DNA of 64,000 nucleotides from Eledone cirrhosa. Taxonomy: Eukaryota. Below, one piece after another: positions 58,065 to 64,000 of this stretch. Where the stretch lies: positions 48,546,001 to 48,610,000 of the forward strand of contig OZ024747.1 in assembly GCA_964016885.1 (NCBI GenBank), read 5' to 3'. The position numbers were made by a program, and so were the translations under genes. A model generated the notes under the pieces. The model was not told the DNA's origin and ran no database searches. It was given only the letters and a program-made list of their open reading frames with translations. Position 1 is the first letter of the stretch. Each line of letters begins with the position of its first letter.

Positions 58065-58500
58065 TTACCTTCTTTTCTTTTGGCAATATTCGCACGATTT
58101 CTCGAATACCTGCCGCATTGTGAATATTTGCTCGGCTGTGCCGCATCTGAGGTGAAAACCACACTGTTCATCAGCTAGCTTGGACTCAACAATCTCCCTG
58201 CGTCTCTTTGCCAGACACTTAGCATAGACTTTACCAGGGAGGCTTAACAAGGAGATCCCTCTGTAATTGGAACAATCTCTCTTGTCTCCCTTTTTGAAAA
58301 TTGGGATTATCACTCCCGATTGCCATTGCTTAGGTGCCTTTCCAGAGATCCAGGCCACACCCGGCATACACGAGTCAGTCAGAGAATATCTTCTCTATTT
58401 AAGGCTTTCAACATCTCGGGTCGGATTTCATCTTCTCTAGCGGCTTTGCCACATTTGAGCTCTTTAACTGCTCTTGTGACCTCAGTCTCTGAGAGATTAG
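58065..58500 (-). pseudogene. RTE-clade LINE RT fragment
   Basis: EIRPEMLKAL, WQSGVIIPIFKKGD..CSNYRGISLLSLPGKVYA, EQCGF. Confidence 0.85.
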
Positions 58501-58709
58501 TCACTGCCCTCAGATGCACCTTGTGTACAAGGAAGGGGTGTTTGACGATTTTTCCCGCACAACCCTCTCAGAAACAAGTGGGCGAGGAAGAAGAAAGAAA
58601 GTCTCCAGGTGTCAACTAAATCCAATGGAGATGACGTCATTCTACGTTTCTTCTGAAAAAACTGATTCCAAAGACTGAATGAAATAACTTAAAACTTCTC
58701 ATTGACACC

Positions 58710-59525
58710 ATGATGATGATGATGATGATGATGATCATCATCATCATCATCGTCATACTCAGTATCGTCATCGTCGTCGTGATCGTTATCATCGTCATCA
58801 TTGTCGTGGTTATTATCACCAGCACCAGCAGAATCACCACCACCAACACCACCACCACCCACCACCAGCACCACCACCACCACCACCGCCACCAGCAGAA
58901 TCACCAACACAACCAACACCACCACCCACCCACCAACACCACCACCACCACCCACCACCACCACCCACCACCACCCACCACCACCACCACAACCACCCAC
59001 CCACCAACACCACCCACCACCACCAACACCAGCACCACCAGCAGCACCACCAGCAGCAGCACCACCACCACCACCACCAGAATCACCAACACAACCAACA
59101 CCACCACCACCACCAACACAACCACCCACCACCACCAACACCACCAGAATCACCAACACAACCAAAACCACCACCCACCCACCAACACCACCACCACCAC
59201 CAACACAACCACCACCACCAGCACCACCACCACCACCACCAGCACCAGCACCACCAGCAGCACCACCACCAGCACCACCACCACCAGCAGCACCACCACC
59301 ACCACCACCACTACCACAACTATCAGCAACACCACCATCATCACCACTACCAACACCACCACTACCACCATCATCACCACTACCAACATCACCACCAACA
59401 ACATCACCACCACCACTAGCACCACCACCATCACCACCACCAGCACAACTATCAGCACCACCACCAACAACCCCACCACCACCACCACCACCACCACCAC
59501 GATCATCTCCTCCTCCTCCCCCTGC
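58710..59525. repeat. (ATG)n/(CAT)n/(CCA)n compound repeat
   Basis: Direct read. Confidence 0.92.
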
Positions 59526-59880
59526 TTCTCATCCCCCCACTCCAATATTATAATTTCATCTATTCCTATATTTGCTGACGTTTAATGTATAATTAAATAA
59601 ATAAGAATATAAAGCTATTTCTCTGTTGCTTTATTTCTTGCTTTTTTCCTTGTTATTCGTCTCATTCTTTACCATTCTCCTTCTTCTTTTCCTCCCTCCC
59701 TCCTATCACCATGCTTCCATCAAACGGAAATCGTTATCAAATAGATTCCGATAGTATATATATATATAATTGGTGTTGGATGCTTAAAGCGTCCGTATGA
59801 GCACTCGATGCCCTCGTAGGGCAGAGTATGATATCACGGAAAAAAGAGAATCAGTGTTGCGACGAAAGGAATTTATTGGA

Positions 59881-59971
59881 CATATTACAATTGTTTCTCG
59901 GGCGACCAGCTCGAGGCACGATCGATGTGGTGATCAAACCTGACTCTGAAATCGCGCGGTCCTCGGATACG
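59881..59971 (-). ncRNA. Diverged family F hammerhead with C3-G8 core (U4 mutated to C)
   Basis: CGTAT-CCGAGGA-CCGCGCGAT...GTCGCCCGA-GAAA-CAATTG-TA-ATATG; homologous to 29549-29638. Confidence 0.65.
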
Positions 59972-60449
59972 TCTCGATTCTACGAAGCAGATTTTCCGAT
60001 AGTCCTTTAACATCGAATTTCTTCGTTTGTTGATTTAGATCCTGTTGTTGCCATTCCATGAGTGGTCAAGAATTGTACACGTCACCGGTATTTCTAGCCA
60101 CTCATGGTTGCCCACTTCTTGCTTCCTCTCGTTCTCCACCTGTCAATCAAAATTTCTTCACTTATCAGAATTACTACTGTGGTGGGAGAGGGACTGTAAT
60201 CTTGAACGGCTGGCATCACTTCGACGTCTTCATTGCCCCTAGGCGCCTTAGTCTACATCGGTCAGGTACACAACCACAATTATGCTGTATGCGGCAGTCA
60301 TCATAAATAATTGTTTCTACTTTTGGCACAAGGCCAACAATAACTCAGTGCATTACTGGTACTTTATTTTATCGACTCCGTAAGGATGAAAGGCAAAGTT
60401 GACCTCGGCGGGATTTGAACTCAGAATGGCAAGGGCCGTAACTCTTAAT

Positions 60450-61262
60450 GTTTGGTGAATATGACCTCAGCTGGAGTATTGTACAGCATGCGAATGCGTA
60501 CTCGGCCGGAGACAGGAAGTGCAAGTTATGCTATTTTCTAAAAAATACAGTGACTGATCGGCCTGATTTGCATATTAGCAGACTGGCTGATCAGTCAGAT
60601 TTACATATTAGCAGATCCACTGATCAGCAAGATTTGCATATCAGCAGACTGGCCAGTCAGTTTCCTGTATACGAGCGATCAATGGCCGGCTTTGCCACAT
60701 TAAAAAAAAAAAAAAAAAAAATGGCAAAAATAGCAGCATATATTTTCACTAGCTCTGACAGTTGGCAGGTGAACAGTGAGCTGTACTGATGAAGGGTGAT
60801 ACCCAGAAACATTAGTGTCTGCAGTTCTGTTTACATGCCAACACAAGAGCAAGAATGAAGAGTTCATTCTACTGACATGGCTATAAAAATGAGGCTTGTT
60901 TGCATAATTGCAAACGAATCGAATGTTATTATTAATATTAAAATAAAGTACCAGTAATACACTGGTATTTGCTGGCCTTGTGCCAAAAGTAGAAACAATT
61001 ATTAATATTAAGGGCGGTGGATTGGCAGTATCGGTAGAGGGTCAGACGTCATGCTTTGACGCATAGAGTTACGGCCCTTTCCATTCTGAGTTCAAATCCC
61101 ACCGAGGTCAACTTTATTTTTCATCCTTACGGGGTCGATAAAATAAAGTAGTACCAGTAATGTACTGGTTAATTGCTGCCCTTGTGCCAAAAGTAGAAAC
61201 AATTAATAATATTCTCGAAAAACTCATATTACATTTATTGTATTCACCCATGTAGAGCGAAC
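60450..61262 (+). mobile_element. Penelope-derived 3' fragment: GIY-YIG tail remnant, 33-bp repeats, HHR, embedded SINEs (family G)
   Basis: EYDLSWSIVQHANAYSAGDRKCKLC aligns by eye to QYKLHWEILARTRSYNGNKRPCDLC of the 19.8-kb element. Confidence 0.75.
60778..60827 (+). ncRNA. Type I hammerhead ribozyme (family G)
   Basis: CTGTA-CTGATGA-A.GGGT(GAT)ACCC.A-GAAA-CA(TTAG)TG-TC-TGCAG; GUC cleavage predicted after 60819. Confidence 0.82.
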
Positions 61263-61277
61263 ATTTAAAAAAATATA

Positions 61278-61322
<45 letters not shown>

Positions 61323-61559
61323 ATATATATATGATGGACTCTCCCGTCGATATCCGACGTATGAGTGTCGAACAAAAGTTCAGCATGGCGGTGTCTCATG
61401 TGACATTTCAATCCCGCAAAAGACCGACGGAAATGTGTGAAAGTGAACTGATGTTGAACTATCCACACAGAGCTTTGTTTTAAGTGGTGAAGGCTTGTGT
61501 AGGACCAACCACACCTTTTGGAACTGACGACATATTTCCTCGCTCGGTGCAAATTATTT

Positions 61560-61785
61560 GCCACGGAAAATACGACAGCCCACAAAAGAAAAACTATTTG
61601 GATGGCCGTTGACTCTGTTAAGTTACTCCTCCCTTTACTGGGTCTTGTATTTCATCCCGCAGGGTGTCCAAATATCACCCTCATCACCAAACAAGATTGG
61701 TAGGGTTGCCGGTTAAGTCGCCGACGAACCGACCATGAGACAGGTTGTACTGGGTTACATGTTACCAGTAACACTCGAGAGCGAC

Positions 61786-61788
<3 letters not shown>
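61560..61788 (-). mobile_element. Isolated RTE 5' leader homologous to 53745-53946
   Basis: Shared CAGGGTGTCCAAATATCACCCTC and ACTGGGTTACATGTTACCAGTA. Confidence 0.8.
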
Positions 61789-61876
<88 letters not shown>

Positions 61877-61879
61877 TTT

Positions 61880-64000
61880 CGAAAACACACAAAGTCACTG
61901 GCTCCATTGAGGAAAATGGCACTCTCCAAGATAATGCTAAAACAATACTGCTCTGTTTTCAGCAATCCTGATATGGCTGATCTGGGATGTATCAGTGATG
62001 TTAATCCCCAACACACTATATCGGACGCAACGTTTGGCGCCCCCGATGTCTTAGCGGCAATAAAAGAAACTAAACACAATTCAGCAGAAGGCCCCGATAG
62101 CTTCCTTGTTTGTGTCCTGTATGTGTGTCGACACTAACTTGCACATCCTCTTGTTAATCTGTGGAGGAACTCACATGATGTTGGATATTTACCAGAAAAC
62201 TTACTACCCCAGTCTGTTGTCCCAGTTTTCAAAAAGCAAACAAATCCCCAGCCCTGACTTACCCTCCGATCTCACTCAGCTCTCATATCATTAAGGTATT
62301 TGAGAGGGTGGTGAGACCACGAATAACTCACGTTCTTGAAAGCAGCAATCTGCTGAACTCCAACCAACATGTGTTCCGTAATGAAAGGGATTGCCTAACG
62401 CAGCTACTGCATCACTTTGATGACATTTTGAGAGCTTGGGAGAGGGCTCCAACACTGATGTCATTTACCTTGATTTCAGCAAGGCCTTTGACAGAGTTGA
62501 TCACAACATTCGATTGAAAAACCTATCCAACATTGGTGTCACTGGAAAGTTGCTAGAGTGGATCAAGTGCTTCCTGTCAAACAGAGCTCAACATGTTGTA
62601 GTCGAAAGAGTAAAATCCAGCCCAACCAAAGTCAGTAGTAGTATCCCACAAGGCACTGTGTTGGGCCCACTTCTTTTCATTATCTATATTAATGACACTA
62701 GCAGAAAAAGCACCCTCCGTTGGTTTTCTGCTAGTATGTGTAGTGTGTGTATTGATATTATACGCAAGTATATATACATGTAGATATGATACATCAAATA
62801 AAATCGTAATTGACAATATATACAGAAATTGAACGAAGACTGTTACACTGTCTTATGTAACCAGTAACGTAATCCATGATACATTAAAAAAAGACGATCG
62901 CCGAGGTTAACTTTGCCTTTTATCCTTACATGGTCGATAAAATAAAGTACCAGTAATGCACTGAGATAATTGCTGGCCTTGTGCTAAAAGTAGAAACAAT
63001 TATATATAAACTGCATTAAGAGAAAATTAGTGACAGAAATATATGAATATTTATTCAAGCGATCGCTAACCGGAAGTGTTGACATTTGAAAAGTTTAAAG
63101 AAGTGAATCTTTAAATAAATAATAAAATATATTTAAAGAACAGCCACGAAATTTAGTGGATAAATTATGTAATATTCATTCATTATTTATTCAAAGTAAT
63201 CCAACTTATTTTATTAATGGGATAAAAAATTATAAACCGTAGGCAGTCCCGCGCTCCTTACTTTATTATAGTTTAGATTACTGATATCATCAAGCACAGA
63301 TGCATAAGAATCTTTGCATATGATTCCAAGCTCCAGGAGGTCATCAATGGTGTGGATGACCAGATATTCCTCCAATCAGATCTATTGGCTGTCATCCAAT
63401 GGGCGGAAAAGATGAGTTGAGTTAATCAACTTTGGAAAAAAGGATGCTCTGAAACTCCATACGCCCTTCCTTCGAGTGAAACTCTCGTGGCATACAACAT
63501 CAGAGACCTGGGAGTAATTGTGGACAACAACATAAGCTGGGCCACTCATGTGAACAACAAAGTTGACATGACCCACAGAAAGTGTTCCTGGATTCTCAGA
63601 ACCGTCCAGTCGAGAGATATCCACACTCTTATTCTCTTTTCCACTTTTGCCCGACCCCACCTTGAATTCTGTTGTCCACTGTGGTCTCCCCACACGAAAC
63701 AAAGTATCATGAAAGTTGAAGCACCTCAAATCTCAATCACGAAAAACATAGATGGCATGTCAGGCCTTGACTATTGGGGTCGACTAGAAAATCTCAAACT
63801 TTATTCTTTCCAACGCCGCCGTGAGCGCTATATTATCTGCATGACGTAGAAAATATTCAATCAGCATTGCCCAAATGATGTTGGCATCACCTTTAAACTA
63901 CACCCAAGGCTTTGTCCCTGTGCTATCTGCCCACAACAAAAATCAAACTCGCATCTCATAATAACAATACGGCACAATTATTTCACCTCAATTGGCCCCT
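61880..64000 (+). mobile_element. CR1-group LINE RT remnant, split by a Helitron
   Basis: DVIYLDFSKAFDRVDH, IPQGTVLGPLLFIIYIND|ITD..IFAYDSK, IRDLGVIVD, RPHLEFCCPLWSP, YSFQRRRER. Confidence 0.9.
62698..63277 (-). mobile_element. Non-autonomous Helitron (580 bp) containing a SINE fragment at ~62898-63001
   Basis: Minus strand starts TCTAAACTATAATAAAG and ends in a hairpin + CTAG; inserted between A and T with no TSD; removal restores GAC-ATT-ACT in the host RT frame. Confidence 0.85.

Noticed and set aside
58710-59585. Proline-rich/extensin-like ORFs
   Set aside because: Translations of a (CCA)n compound microsatellite

Overview
Eukaryotic, very AT-rich, repeat-saturated DNA with no host protein-coding exon that I can support. 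The tRNA-derived SINE family and SINE tails resemble those of octopod cephalopods (recognition from memory, not a database result). Decayed retroelements occupy much of the window: a Tx1/L1-type LINE (1-4310), Penelope-like RT and GIY-YIG fragments (18.9-20.9 kb), R4/Dong-like, RTE, Ingi/Vingi-like and CR1-group LINEs. It also has an internally deleted mariner, a non-autonomous Helitron, a 44-bp minisatellite of about 41 units, a ~2.9-kb tandem duplication and many microsatellites. The notable feature is non-coding: about 11 different short repeat families, mostly embedded in (TA)n, each carry a hammerhead-ribozyme (HHR) fold. Several show compensatory changes (helix I, the C3-G8 to U3-A8 core swap, palindromic helix III). 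Best example: a head-to-tail array of 316-318-bp monomers, each with one complete HHR (28431-29448; duplicate at 31661-32360), which has the architecture of a non-LTR retrozyme predicted to give a ~316-nt circular RNA. A degenerate HDV-like ribozyme lies upstream of the Ingi-like fragment. All ribozyme folds were paired by eye; no activity is demonstrated.
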